Source of the DNA: an uncultured Acidobacteriota bacterium
GTDB taxonomy: Bacteria > Acidobacteriota > UBA6911
Direction of reading: 5' to 3'
Assembly (NCBI GenBank): GCA_963809485.1
Contig: CAWEJX010000012.1
Location: forward strand, 261,285-325,284
Length of the DNA stretch: 64,000 nucleotides
In this document: in pieces, positions 1 through 9,927 of the stretch
How positions within the stretch are numbered: the first letter of the stretch is position 1
Layout: each line of letters starts with the position of its first letter
Notes under the pieces: generated by a model
Database searches by the model: none
Told to the model about the DNA's origin: nothing
Seen by the model: only the letters and a program-made list of their open reading frames with translations
Translations under genes and position numbers: made by a program

Positions 1-261
1 CCGGAATCAAAGCGAAATCCTCAATCGGTGCCCCCCTGCCATCCGCCGACCACCCGTCTCGCATTCGGCTGAGCCACAGGAGCAATATGTCTCTTATAGG
101 AAATTCAAATTATGCATAGGAGATTTATGTGATTTGAGGTATATTCTTGTGAAACAAAATGCAGTAGGCAGACACACCCAAGACGGTCTCTGGGATAAGA
201 TCCTTCTTACCGATAGGATATCCTGGGGCAGGTTTTCGATGAGTACAGGGTTACAAAAGCT

Positions 262-1074
262 ATGAAACGGGAAAGGGATATGAATACAAAATCGAGGGCC
301 AGGCGCAGCGGATCCCGCAAGCCTGCCTACATTGTGCCTGCGGTGGACAGGGCAGCCCGCATCCTATCATTGCTGCGAAACGAAGGGCGCGCGATGACCA
401 TAGCGGAAATCTCCGATGCCACCCGATGGCATAAGAGCAGCGTTCACAAGCTGCTGGTGACCTTGCATCACCACATGCTGCTCGATCGCGACGAGGTGAC
501 CAAAAGATACTCCCTCGGGATCGCGCTCTCGGAATATGGAAGGATCGCGTCGAGCCGCTCCGATATCCTGCATGCCGCCAAATCCTTCCTTAAAGCCCTC
601 GTCGATTACAGCGGTGAAACCGCAGCTTTGGCAGTCCTGCGCGGGACCCAGATGATTATCGTGGACGTGGAGGAGTCCCTGACTCAGCTCCGCGTCTCTC
701 TGACTATGGGCATGCGCTCTCCGGCGACGGCAACCTCCAACGGCAAGGCGGTTCTCGCCTACCTCCCGGAAAGCCGGGTTAACGAAATCCTGCAGTCGGA
801 AGGGCTCCCTGCGGCGACGCCGAATGCGATCACGAAGCTGGGCCCCTACCGTGTGGAACTGGCCGCCATACGCGAGCGTGGCTATGCAACCGATTTCGAA
901 GAGTTCCAGGAAGGGATTGTAGGAGTTTCGGCTCCCGTATTCGATTCAACGAATCAGCCTATCGGTGCGCTCTCCGTGGCGGCGCCCGCTTCCAGGATGA
1001 CGAAGGATAAAATTCGCAATTGCGGCAAAAAGGTCAAGGAAATGACGGCCCAGCTATCCGCCATGATCCGTTGA
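262..1074 (+). CDS. IclR-family transcriptional regulator
   Basis: N-terminal HTH (VPAVDRAARIL...KSSVHKLLVTL) and IclR C-terminal signature (ATSNGKAVLAY...IRERGYA...GIVGVSAPV); start could be ATG at 280. Confidence 0.93.
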   Translation: MKRERDMNTKSRARRSGSRKPAYIVPAVDRAARILSLLRNEGRAMTIAEISDATRWHKSSVHKLLVTLHHHMLLDRDEVTKRYSLGIALSEYGRIASSRSDILHAAKSFLKALVDYSGETAALAVLRGTQMIIVDVEESLTQLRVSLTMGMRSPATATSNGKAVLAYLPESRVNEILQSEGLPAATPNAITKLGPYRVELAAIRERGYATDFEEFQEGIVGVSAPVFDSTNQPIGALSVAAPASRMTKDKIRNCGKKVKEMTAQLSAMIR

Positions 1075-1210
1075 CCGGACAAGATCCGGATCCTCCCTCC
1101 CGTTTCCCGGCCTGAGGGCAAGCCCTGCCTGCAGAAAATCGACAAATGCTTCCCCCCTGCGAAGCTGGGATCGGGAGGACTGGCTCATAATTTGCGGTGG
1201 TTTTGCACAC

Positions 1211-1230
1211 GGGCGGCCTTCCGGCCGCCC
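1211..1230. terminator. Hairpin downstream of iclR
   Basis: GGGCGGCC-TTCC-GGCCGCCC perfect 8-bp stem between convergent genes; U-tract weak. Confidence 0.4.
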
Positions 1231-1278
1231 GTTGTGGTATATCCAGGATTCCCGCGGGCGGGTTGTTTCAATCCCTAA

Positions 1279-1500
1279 AAGTCAGGCACCTCCGGCAAAG
1301 CCGGAGGCTTGAAAGATTGGAACCGCTCAAAGCGGTTGGAGGAGTTACGCTGGTCTTGAACGCTGACTGACGCGGGCAAACGCCGACTCTCGCCGAACAA
1401 ATCATAGACGTTTGTCAGCGCTTTTGTCAGCGTATCTCAGCGTTTCAAAATGCGGAGCTGTCAAACTCTATGAATCCCCCGGCAGAGCCGTGGGTTTACC
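1279..1500. mobile_element. Non-autonomous IS200-type element (MITE/PATE-like), copy 1
   Basis: One end CCTCCGGC-AAA-GCCGGAGG then AACCGCTCAAAGCGGTT; other end GGAGCTGTCAAACTCTATGAATCCCCCGGCAGAGCCGTGGGTTTACC; no transposase between, only inverted CGCTGA/TCAGCG arrays; homologous copy at 33254-33478. Confidence 0.7.
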
Positions 1501-1574
1501 AATAGAATCGAGCACCCCGGGAACTGCGCCCATCTTTGAGATGAACGGTAGAGAGCCGTCCGTCCCTCTCAGTA

Positions 1575-2582
1575 TTACGCGGGCTTTTTAGCAGGCGCCT
1601 TTTTGTCGGGGCTGTAGAACGCTCCCGTATCCCTCCGGATCAGGAAGAAAACATAGGGTTTATCCACCTTCTGGGTGATGATGGGAGCATGCGTGTACAA
1701 TGCCGGGCAGACAACCACACAAGGGCTGGTAATATTGTAAACTTCTTCCTCCTTGCCCATATGCAGGTCAATTTGCGCCCCCAGCTGATTCGGATTCCGG
1801 GCATCCAGCCCGACATAAACCAGGAATTCATCGCCTTCATGAATGTGCGGGTCAAATCCGGGAATGTTATGCCAGTTGCCCAGTCCGGTATAGAACCCCC
1901 ATGTGAAGTTGACGATGAACCCTTCAAGGTCTTTGCTCTTGGGCCATGAAAGCCAGTCCGCGTTTCCCGAACCTATCTTTGTCTGTTCCGGCATCCCTGT
2001 GGCGGACATCTTCTTGATCAGGCGCCCATATTCGTTTTGGGATGAGCCTGCCCCCGGCTTTTCGGAAAGCTTCGTCTCGGCGTATTCCCCGGCAAGTCCG
2101 ATGGCATAGTGCGCGAAGGGCTTCTCGACTTTTTTGGTCACGATCGGGCCGTACGGAAAGTTTTTGGGGATGCATACAATCGAGGGGATGTTGATCACGT
2201 GCTTTTCATATTCTTTGCCCAGGGATATCTCGATCTCCGCTCCCAGGTAGTTCGGGTCTTTGGGCTCCAGGCCTGCAAAAACGAGACAAGTGTCATAAGG
2301 GTGCATCTTCGCCGTGGTTTCGGCGGCGTTCCAGGCGCCGGCCTTACTGTAATAACCAAAAGAAAAATTGGTATTGGTCCCATTCAGATCGTTGCGGTCC
2401 ATGCGGACAAAATAGTCGGCATCTCCGGGTCCGCTTTGTCCTACCCTATAAAAGAAGTTATGGAAATAATGCCCATACTTTGCTTCGGCCGCGGTTACCA
2501 GGGAACCCAGGGAGCTCGCCACGGCCAGCCCGGCGGTTCCAACAACCACATCCTTCACAAATTCTCTTCGCGTCGTGCTCAT
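1575..2582 (-). CDS. Tat-signal double-cupin-like protein, type A copy 1
   Basis: MSTTRREFVK Tat motif plus hydrophobic stretch; two internal repeats; cupin-like motifs PHIHEGDE...THAP; RBS GAAGGAGA upstream. Confidence 0.8.
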   Translation of the reverse strand: MSTTRREFVKDVVVGTAGLAVASSLGSLVTAAEAKYGHYFHNFFYRVGQSGPGDADYFVRMDRNDLNGTNTNFSFGYYSKAGAWNAAETTAKMHPYDTCLVFAGLEPKDPNYLGAEIEISLGKEYEKHVINIPSIVCIPKNFPYGPIVTKKVEKPFAHYAIGLAGEYAETKLSEKPGAGSSQNEYGRLIKKMSATGMPEQTKIGSGNADWLSWPKSKDLEGFIVNFTWGFYTGLGNWHNIPGFDPHIHEGDEFLVYVGLDARNPNQLGAQIDLHMGKEEEVYNITSPCVVVCPALYTHAPIITQKVDKPYVFFLIRRDTGAFYSPDKKAPAKKPA

Positions 2583-2685
2583 GCCTGTCTCTCCTTCTGT
2601 GACGTGCAGCCGGCCGCAGGACTCCTGAGACCGGCCAGCAAAATCTGTTGCTTCGCTTAAACTCGATACGTCTCCCAAAACGGGC

Positions 2686-3687
2686 TTATGCCGGATTGAT
2701 ATCCGAGGGATCTCCCTTATCCAGGCGCACCATGTACATCCCGAATGGCTTTTCCATACTCTTTGTGACTATCGGCCCGTGCTGCATCCCTGCGGGGATG
2801 ATGACGCACGACGGCACGCTGATCGTATGCTTTTCATCCTCGAGCGTGATTTCCACTTCTCCGCCGAGATATTCCGGCCGCTTGTTGTCCAGGCCCGCGA
2901 ACACCAGGAACTGGTCGCCCACATGCTTGTGCGGCTTGGCCCCCCAATCGCCGGTGGTTTTGTAAAACCCCCAAGCCCAGTTGACGTTGAAATTCTCCAC
3001 CTCTTTGCCCCGGATCCAGGTCAGCGAGTCCGCATTGCCCGGCCCCGTCTTGGCCTGTATGTCTTTCCGGAAAACCAGCTTCTTGTACAGCGGGTCATAT
3101 TTATGCCCGTCCGTGGTGTCGAGCGTGCTCCTCTGTGGCATTACGTCCGTCTTGTGGTTGGGCTCGAGGCTGAGAACGATAAACCCGAAAGCCTTGTCGC
3201 ACTTCAGCGTGATTTGTGGGCAGTGCACGACGTTCTTGGGATAACAGCATGCGGTCGGGACGCGGAAAACGTGCTTTTCGTATTCCTTTCCCGCATCGTG
3301 TTCGATCTCGGCGCCCAGGTATTCCGGCTTTTCCGGATCAAATCCAATGTAAATGAGGAGTTCGTCACCGTCGGGGTGCACATGCCCGCCGGTTTCCCTG
3401 GTGTGCCAATCGCCGATTTTGGTGTAATACCCGAAAGAGAAATTGACGTTCTTGTTTTCCAACTCGACTCCCTTGGGCCACCAGAGCAGGTCGGCATTCC
3501 CCGGTCCCACGACCTTGAACATCTCCTTCATGTTGTAGACGATTTTCTTGATCAGGTGTCCGTGTTTTGTTTCCTGCGCGGCTGCCGGCCATGCGCCCAG
3601 AGAGCTCACCACGGCCGCCCCCGCAGCGCCAAGCGCCGTATCTTTGACAAACTCCCTCCGAGTCGTGCTTTTATCGGCAAAATTCAT
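2686..3687 (-). CDS. Tat-signal double-cupin-like protein, type B
   Basis: TTRREFVK Tat motif, AAA cleavage site; GHVHPDGDE...VVHCP and PHKHVGDQ...PAGMQHGP; RBS AGGAGG. Confidence 0.8.
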   Translation of the reverse strand: MNFADKSTTRREFVKDTALGAAGAAVVSSLGAWPAAAQETKHGHLIKKIVYNMKEMFKVVGPGNADLLWWPKGVELENKNVNFSFGYYTKIGDWHTRETGGHVHPDGDELLIYIGFDPEKPEYLGAEIEHDAGKEYEKHVFRVPTACCYPKNVVHCPQITLKCDKAFGFIVLSLEPNHKTDVMPQRSTLDTTDGHKYDPLYKKLVFRKDIQAKTGPGNADSLTWIRGKEVENFNVNWAWGFYKTTGDWGAKPHKHVGDQFLVFAGLDNKRPEYLGGEVEITLEDEKHTISVPSCVIIPAGMQHGPIVTKSMEKPFGMYMVRLDKGDPSDINPA

Positions 3688-3743
3688 ACAAAATTCCCTC
3701 CTTTTGATGCTTAGCCTAATTATTAAACCATGTCCAAGCTACT

Positions 3744-4046
3744 TCAAAGGGCCGCCCCGGATTGGTGATTGCCGGGCGTCCGGACATACTGCTTGAACCC
3801 GGGCGCTGAAACCGTCAGGCTGTAAACGCCTGCGGGCAACTGGGCGAGCGTGAAGTTTCCGGTCGAGCTGCTGGCCACCTTGTATACGGCGGCAGTCGCC
3901 ACGTTTTTGGCCTCAACGGAAGCGTTGGGTATCATCGCGCCGGCGGGATCGGCAACCGTACCCGTGATCGTTCCACGGTCGCTCTGGGCAAATGCAATCC
4001 CCAAAAAAAGAATCGTGCAGGTGAGTATTTTTAACATCGAACGCAT
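3744..4046 (-). pseudogene. 5' stub of a TonB-dependent receptor
   Basis: MRSMLKILT...AQSDRGTITGTV...GFKQYVRT matches the N-terminus of the 6316 and 10651 receptors, then stops 10 codons later. Confidence 0.85.
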
Positions 4047-4354
4047 GAGATATGTCCTCCTGTGGTTAAATAAACCTTTACGGCCCATCTGAGGCCGCGA
4101 GATTTTGAGTGCACCAGGCACCGCTCGTTCCTGGCAAACAGGCCACTTTGCCAAAAGTGAACATCCACAAGCTGCCGCCCGAATCCTGCATTCAGGCTGA
4201 AATATCTCCAAGTTCGTCGTTTGCATCCGGCGCCGGAGCAAGGGAGCTCAAGTCAGCGGGTGCGAAAATCTTCCACAAGGAGTTCCACAGCGGACCCTTG
4301 CCGGCACCGGACATTTTGTTGGTGCCAGTATAGTACGCTTTTTTTATTTTGCAA
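4047..4354 (-). promoter_or_regulatory. Sigma70-like promoter and conserved long leader, copy 1
   Basis: TTGCAA-16bp-TATACT on minus strand (4354-4327); leader blocks shared with 9928-10239 and 14263-14577. Confidence 0.6.
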
Positions 4355-4967
4355 CATCAAGAATTCTCTTCAGAGACTGGCATCTCTAATCAGCTACTAT
4401 CCGGAAAGCAATCCTGACTTTTTAGGGTGAGGCTCCCGGGAAGGAATCCCATGGGGACGACTGACAGAGCAACGGTCGAGAACCGCAAAGCGGCCGAAGC
4501 CCGGGATTTGCCCGATCGCCCATAAGCGTCCGGGCCGGTCTCGGCCCGGCTTTTTGCACATGCATCGGAGAACCCGTAATAACACAGACGGAGGAGTGCC
4601 TCAAGAATAGGATTTTGCATTTAACGGGAGTTCCGGCAGGGCGGGGGAAATACAGCCGGGGAGGCGCGAAGCGAAACACCGGCAATATTCGACGGATCAG
4701 GGAGCCCTGGAAGGCGAAAGATCCGGTTCCGCCGCTCTTCCAGGTTTTTCCCTTGCTGATTTATACCGGGCCTCCGGCCTTTGATAACCGGAGGCCCATT
4801 CCGGCAAGCAAGAATGATTCTCCGGCGGCCCTTCGGGCCTCATTCGCGAATAAGGGGCCCGAATAAAGGGCCAGCCGCTTGGTTTTGCTGCTGCATGTTC
4901 GGGCCATCCTTGCCCCAGAACAAGGATACTGCAATTACGCCCGCTTTTAAGACAATCTCTGCCGCAA

Positions 4968-5975
4968 TTACGCGGGTTTCTTCGCAGGAGTTTGTTTGTT
5001 GGGGCTGTACCGCTCTCCCGTATCCCTGCGAATCAGGAAAAATCCATACGTCTTGTCCACCTTCTTGGTAATGACCGGAGCATGCGTGAAAAGCGCCGGA
5101 CAGACAATAACCTGCGGCACGGTGACTATATGGCTTTCCTCTTCCTTGCCCACATGCTGATCGACCAAGGCGCCCAAATCGTAGGGCTTTTTCGCGTCCA
5201 GGCTCACGAAAACCAGAAATTCATCGCCTTCGTGTTCGTGCGGATCAAACCCCGGGATGTCATGCCAGTTGCCCAGGCCGGAGTAGAATCCCCACGTGAA
5301 ATTAACGATGAAGCCCTCCAGGTCTTTGGCCTTAGGCCACGAAAGCCAGTCTGCATTGCCCGGACCGATTTTGTTAGCTCCCGGCTGCCCCGTCGCCGAC
5401 ATTTTCTTGATCAGATGCGCATACTTGCTCCCGGATGCAGGGGCTGCAGCCTTTCCGGCAAACTTCGACACAGCATAATCCCTTGCAAGGCCGATGTCAT
5501 AATGCGCGAAAGCTTTTTCGGCCTTTTTGGTCGTGATCTGGCCATAGGGAAAGTTTTTGGGAATACAAACGAACGAGGGGACATTAATCACGTGCTTTTC
5601 AAATTCCGGTCCAAGCACCAGCTCGATTTCGGCGCCCAGATAATTCGGATCCTTGGGTTCAAGGCCCGCAAAAACCAGGCAGGTGTCGTACGGATGGGTG
5701 CGGGCCCCGGTTTCGGCGGAATTCCAGGCTCCTACTTTGCTGTAGTAACCGAAGGAAAAATTGGTCTCCCTGTCGTTCATTTCCTTTCCACCAATCCGGC
5801 AGACATAGTCGGCAGCTCCCGGCCCGCCTTCTCCCTTCTTATAGACAAATTTATGCACCAAATGGGCATACTTCAGGTCAGCCGCGGCCGCCCAGGGGCC
5901 CAGCCGATTCGCAACCGCCAATCCGCCGGCTCCAACAAATACTTCCTTTACAAATTCTCTTCGCGTTGTGCTCAT
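4968..5975 (-). CDS. Tat-signal double-cupin-like protein, type A copy 2
   Basis: Full-length paralog of 1575-2582 (MSTTRREFVK; HPYDTCLVFAG; PHEHEGDE...THAP). Confidence 0.8.
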   Translation of the reverse strand: MSTTRREFVKEVFVGAGGLAVANRLGPWAAAADLKYAHLVHKFVYKKGEGGPGAADYVCRIGGKEMNDRETNFSFGYYSKVGAWNSAETGARTHPYDTCLVFAGLEPKDPNYLGAEIELVLGPEFEKHVINVPSFVCIPKNFPYGQITTKKAEKAFAHYDIGLARDYAVSKFAGKAAAPASGSKYAHLIKKMSATGQPGANKIGPGNADWLSWPKAKDLEGFIVNFTWGFYSGLGNWHDIPGFDPHEHEGDEFLVFVSLDAKKPYDLGALVDQHVGKEEESHIVTVPQVIVCPALFTHAPVITKKVDKTYGFFLIRRDTGERYSPNKQTPAKKPA

Positions 5976-6076
5976 GCCTGTATCTCCTTATATGAGGTGC
6001 AGCCGGTCGCGGTACTTCAGCGGCCGGCCCATAGTATCCGCCGTTTCGCCCGAATCTGCTTATGCGTCGCTCCGGC

Positions 6077-6253
6077 CTATGCTGGATTAATGTCGGACGC
6101 ATCTCCCTTATCTAGACGTACCATATACATTCCGAAAGGTTTTTCAACGCTTTTCGTCACGATCTGCCCGTGCTGCATTCCCGCGGGGAGGATGACGCAC
6201 GAGGGTACGTTGAACGTATGCTTCTCGTCCTCGAGCGTGATTTCCAGTTCGCC
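6077..6253 (-). pseudogene. 3' remnant of a type B double-cupin gene
   Basis: GELEITLEDEKH...PAGMQHG...DKGDASDINPA matches only the last ~58 aa of 2686-3687. Confidence 0.8.
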
Positions 6254-6259
6254 TTGGAT

Positions 6260-6293
6260 GGCATCCCCGGAATCCGTCCATCCCGGGGATGCC
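6260..6293 (-). terminator. Hairpin after receptor gene
   Basis: GGCATCCCCGG...CCGGGGATGCC 11-bp stem just past the stop at 6316. Confidence 0.5.
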
Positions 6294-6315
6294 ATGGCTC
6301 CACTATCAGGTCCTA

Positions 6316-9300
6316 CTAAAATTGAATTCTCGCAACTATCTGACCTGTACGGCCGATGCTGCCCGGACCCGTGTTGATATATCCGAAGCCCGTGATCGGT
6401 TTGCCGTTCGCATCGACTCTCTGCGTGGCCTGAGCATTCGTTGCAGTCGGATTGGGCACTCGAATCCGGTTGAACACGTTGTTCAGTTCAATCCGGATGT
6501 TAAGGGTGACTTGCTCCACTATCGGGAACGTCCTGCCCAGGCTCATGTTTTCGAGCGGAGCGCGCCGATACCGGTAATCGCTCAGGTATGCGGCCGTGGT
6601 GCCGAACTGGCCGGCAGCCGGATCCGACCAGGCTTTCGGGTTCAGCACGAATTCCTTGTTCGGGTCGAAGCAGCTCGTGCAGTTCAGGTCCGTCGTGAAA
6701 TACGGCTCCCCCTCCACACGGTTGGCGAACGAGCCCGTGCCGAACGGTACAGCCCCAAAAGAGAAGTTCATGGGGGTGCTGAGCTTCAACAAGGTGCCGA
6801 TCTGGTTTTGCGCATAGGGCACGCGGATCGGCGCTCCGCTGGTGTACGTCAGCATGACACCGTACGTCCAGTCACGGATTATCCACGACAACGTCTTGTT
6901 GGTTTCCAGCGCCGGAAGGCGATAGTTCGCCGCGACCACAAGGCGATGCGGCCGCGAGTAGCCGGACAGATACTTGTTAACATTCCGGTCCAGCGAGTTG
7001 TTGATGGAAGTATTGAGAGCGAAGAAGGCGGCGTTATCCGTCTCCCCCGTTCCCAGGGTGAGCTCCTTCGCCCAGGTATACGCGGCCGTCAGATCCAGAC
7101 CATACGAATACCGCTTGGTCACCTTCGCCTGCAGCGAGTCGTACCAGGTGTTGCCCTGCGGATTCCACAAAACATTGATCCCCGTGAATTGCGGGAACGG
7201 CCGCAGTGCCTGGTTCACCGTAAGCGCTTTCGAAAATGCCGGATAGGGCGGTGTGCCGAATCCCCTGGAGATTGCGGTCTGCGAGTCCAGGCGAGCAAGC
7301 AACAGGTCCCTATCCGCTTTAAGATTGATGTCCAGGTGGTTCTTGGCAAGGATTTCGGGCGTAAGCCGGTTGGGATCGTTGATCGCGGCCGCCTGCCACC
7401 ACACCCCGCGGTTGCCCACGTAGGCGGCTTCCACCGCCAGGTTCGTCGTGAGCTGGTACTGCAGCCCGATACTCCACATCATGATCCTGGGCGGACGCCC
7501 CGCGTTGTGATCAAACATGGTGAGGAACGACGTCGGCGTCGATGGAATCGCCGGAAATTGCCCCGGATCGAAGTTCGGCCATGTCGGTTGAATCGGCACG
7601 CCATCCTTCAGCAGCATCGCCGGCGTGCCATACGCCGGAGCCGCAAACGGAACGTTGGATCCAAAGCGCATCGACCAGAAATTGTTCGGCGCCGTCTGCC
7701 CGTAGGAATATCCCCAACCGCCGCGGAATACGGCCTTGGGAGTGATTTGATACGCAACCCCAAGCCGGGGACCAAAGGCGTACTTATAGACATTCGCAAA
7801 CGGACCCGACGTCTGCTCAAATATCACGCCCCCGGGCAGGTTGCCCACTGCAGGATTCGGCACTGCCGCCGAGATGCTCGGAACCCGGCCGTGCTGTTCC
7901 TTCAGGTAGCCCTGGTAATCCCAGCGCAAGCCGTAGTCCAGCGTCAATTTGCGCGTCACTTTCCACGTGTCCTGCGCGAACAGCGCCCAGGCGCTTTTGC
8001 CCATCCGGGTTGCTGTCTGCGGACCGATAGCTCCCGTGTCCACCGCGCCCAGCATGAAGCTGGCCCACGGGAATCCCACCGTGCCCCCGAAAAGATTCTG
8101 GCCCTGCGTCGAGGGAAGCCCCGACTCAATCGCGTTGAAGGCAAAATAGCCGTTGGAGGGCCAATCGAGATACATCGGGTTGCCCGCCAGGCGCAACTCC
8201 ACACCGAACTTGTACGTGTGGTTCTGTTTGACCCAGGTCAGGCTGGCGTTGGTTGTGGGTTTCTCCTCATATAAATGGTACAGCTGATTGGCGCCCATCC
8301 CCCCTGTCGGATTGCCGTAGCCCCCAAATGGCGAAAAGATGCCTGTGATGGTGGGGAAAAAGTCTACGTAGGTCCCCTTCAGCCCGAGCTCCTCTTCAGT
8401 TTTGAATTCAGGCTGAGTTTGTGCCCACAGGGTGTGCATGTAGCCCGCGCCAAAATGCAGCAGCAGTGTCGGACTGAGAGTCTGATCATAGTTCAGGCGA
8501 AAAGTATGCGAATTCTGGGGGTTGTCGTACGCCATGCTGCCCGGGAAATCCAGCCCGTCGTTCATCTGCTTGCGGCCGATGGTAAAGGCGTACGACCAGT
8601 AGCCGGACAGCTTGATTTTGGGGCTGAAATAGTGATCGATTTTGACCGCCGGAATGGTCTTGGCAGAAGGGATAAACTGGTTGGGATAGAAGTTGTTGGT
8701 TATGGCCGAGTTGGTCGGCATCGGCACCAGCGCCTGAATCTTTGCCGATACCGGATCAAATCGTTCTACCGGAATCCGATTGTTTGGAAACGGATCGCGA
8801 ACTCTCAGGCCATTGACGGTTGTTTCTGTGGCCGGATCGTAGATCGCGTTTTCCCAGATGGGGACCGGGTTGCCCTGGGTATCCAGGGCGCAGTTGGGAT
8901 TTGTCGCCGGACAGAGATTCCGTCCCGTCAGGATTGCGCTGAAATCCCCATTCCGCATCGCCACAGTGGGAATCGTGTTCGGCGTGATGTAGCTTACGGA
9001 CGTGCGGTACTGCTCGAAATTGAAAAAGAAGAAGGTCTTGTCCCGGCCGTCATAGATGCCGGGCAGGTAGACGGGCCCTCCAAGGGTAAAACCGTAATCG
9101 TTCTTGCGGTCGCGCGGCTTTTGGTTGATGTATCCCCGGCTCGCATTCAGCGCCTCGTTCACCCAATATTCGTAGGCGCTTCCGTGAAGGGCGTTGGTGC
9201 CTGATTTGATGGCTGCGTTCATCACCCCACCGCCCGCCTGCCCGAATTCGGCCGCGAAATTGCTGGTCTGAATCGCAAACTCATCAATAGCGTCCACGCT

Positions 9301-9927
9301 TGGCTGAGCCACGTATTGAAACCCGCTGTCGATGCCCAGGTTGGCATCCTGGCCCTCAATCCGCAGAGTCTGCGTGCCCGCCGGAGTCCCCTGCATGCGG
9401 ATGCTGGTGCTGTTCGCGGACCCGCTCGCCGACAGGCCGGGAACCAGGTCTGCGGCAGCATAGGGAGAGCGCATACCGCCTCCGACCGCCAGAATAGGCA
9501 GTTCGTTCAGGCGTTGGGATGTGACGGTATGACTCAGGTCGCCGCTTTCCGTCCTCAGCAGCGGGGCGTCGGCATTGACCGTGACGGTTTCGGTGATGTT
9601 TCCTACCTCGAGCGCGACATCAACGCGCAGGGTCTGCGCGACCAGCACCGTGATGCCCGTTCGGACGTACTGCTTGAATCCTTGCGCCGAGACGGATATC
9701 TGGTAGCTGCCGGCCGGCAGCTGGGCAAGGGTGTAATTGCCCGTGGACGTGCTTTCCACCTGGTATAAAGCACCCGTCTCGGAATTCTTGGCATCAATCC
9801 TGGCACCCGGTATAACGGCTCCTGCGGGGTCCGCGATCGTGCCCGTGATTGTGCCTCGGTCGCTCTGGGCGAACGCCAATCCGCCCAGGAGCAGCAAACA
9901 TGTGAGTGTTATCAACATCGAGCGCAT
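6316..9927 (-). CDS. TonB-dependent receptor (Acidobacteria type), copy A
   Basis: Signal peptide, carboxypeptidase-regulatory-like domain, SNFAAEFG...KSGTNALHGSAYEY, FAQDTWKVTRKLTLDYGLRWD, C-terminal Phe. Confidence 0.93.
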   Translation of the reverse strand: MRSMLITLTCLLLLGGLAFAQSDRGTITGTIADPAGAVIPGARIDAKNSETGALYQVESTSTGNYTLAQLPAGSYQISVSAQGFKQYVRTGITVLVAQTLRVDVALEVGNITETVTVNADAPLLRTESGDLSHTVTSQRLNELPILAVGGGMRSPYAAADLVPGLSASGSANSTSIRMQGTPAGTQTLRIEGQDANLGIDSGFQYVAQPSVDAIDEFAIQTSNFAAEFGQAGGGVMNAAIKSGTNALHGSAYEYWVNEALNASRGYINQKPRDRKNDYGFTLGGPVYLPGIYDGRDKTFFFFNFEQYRTSVSYITPNTIPTVAMRNGDFSAILTGRNLCPATNPNCALDTQGNPVPIWENAIYDPATETTVNGLRVRDPFPNNRIPVERFDPVSAKIQALVPMPTNSAITNNFYPNQFIPSAKTIPAVKIDHYFSPKIKLSGYWSYAFTIGRKQMNDGLDFPGSMAYDNPQNSHTFRLNYDQTLSPTLLLHFGAGYMHTLWAQTQPEFKTEEELGLKGTYVDFFPTITGIFSPFGGYGNPTGGMGANQLYHLYEEKPTTNASLTWVKQNHTYKFGVELRLAGNPMYLDWPSNGYFAFNAIESGLPSTQGQNLFGGTVGFPWASFMLGAVDTGAIGPQTATRMGKSAWALFAQDTWKVTRKLTLDYGLRWDYQGYLKEQHGRVPSISAAVPNPAVGNLPGGVIFEQTSGPFANVYKYAFGPRLGVAYQITPKAVFRGGWGYSYGQTAPNNFWSMRFGSNVPFAAPAYGTPAMLLKDGVPIQPTWPNFDPGQFPAIPSTPTSFLTMFDHNAGRPPRIMMWSIGLQYQLTTNLAVEAAYVGNRGVWWQAAAINDPNRLTPEILAKNHLDINLKADRDLLLARLDSQTAISRGFGTPPYPAFSKALTVNQALRPFPQFTGINVLWNPQGNTWYDSLQAKVTKRYSYGLDLTAAYTWAKELTLGTGETDNAAFFALNTSINNSLDRNVNKYLSGYSRPHRLVVAANYRLPALETNKTLSWIIRDWTYGVMLTYTSGAPIRVPYAQNQIGTLLKLSTPMNFSFGAVPFGTGSFANRVEGEPYFTTDLNCTSCFDPNKEFVLNPKAWSDPAAGQFGTTAAYLSDYRYRRAPLENMSLGRTFPIVEQVTLNIRIELNNVFNRIRVPNPTATNAQATQRVDANGKPITGFGYINTGPGSIGRTGQIVARIQF

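Noticed and set aside
4780-4875. Cluster of GC-rich hairpins (also 10519-10620) as an ncRNA
   Set aside because: Position after gene ends fits terminators or stabilising stems; no recognisable RNA family.
6289-9204. Long plus-strand ORFs (661 and 309 aa) opposite the receptor, and similar ones opposite other genes
   Set aside because: Antisense shadows typical of GC-rich coding DNA; no motifs, and they are broken at different places in the two receptor copies.
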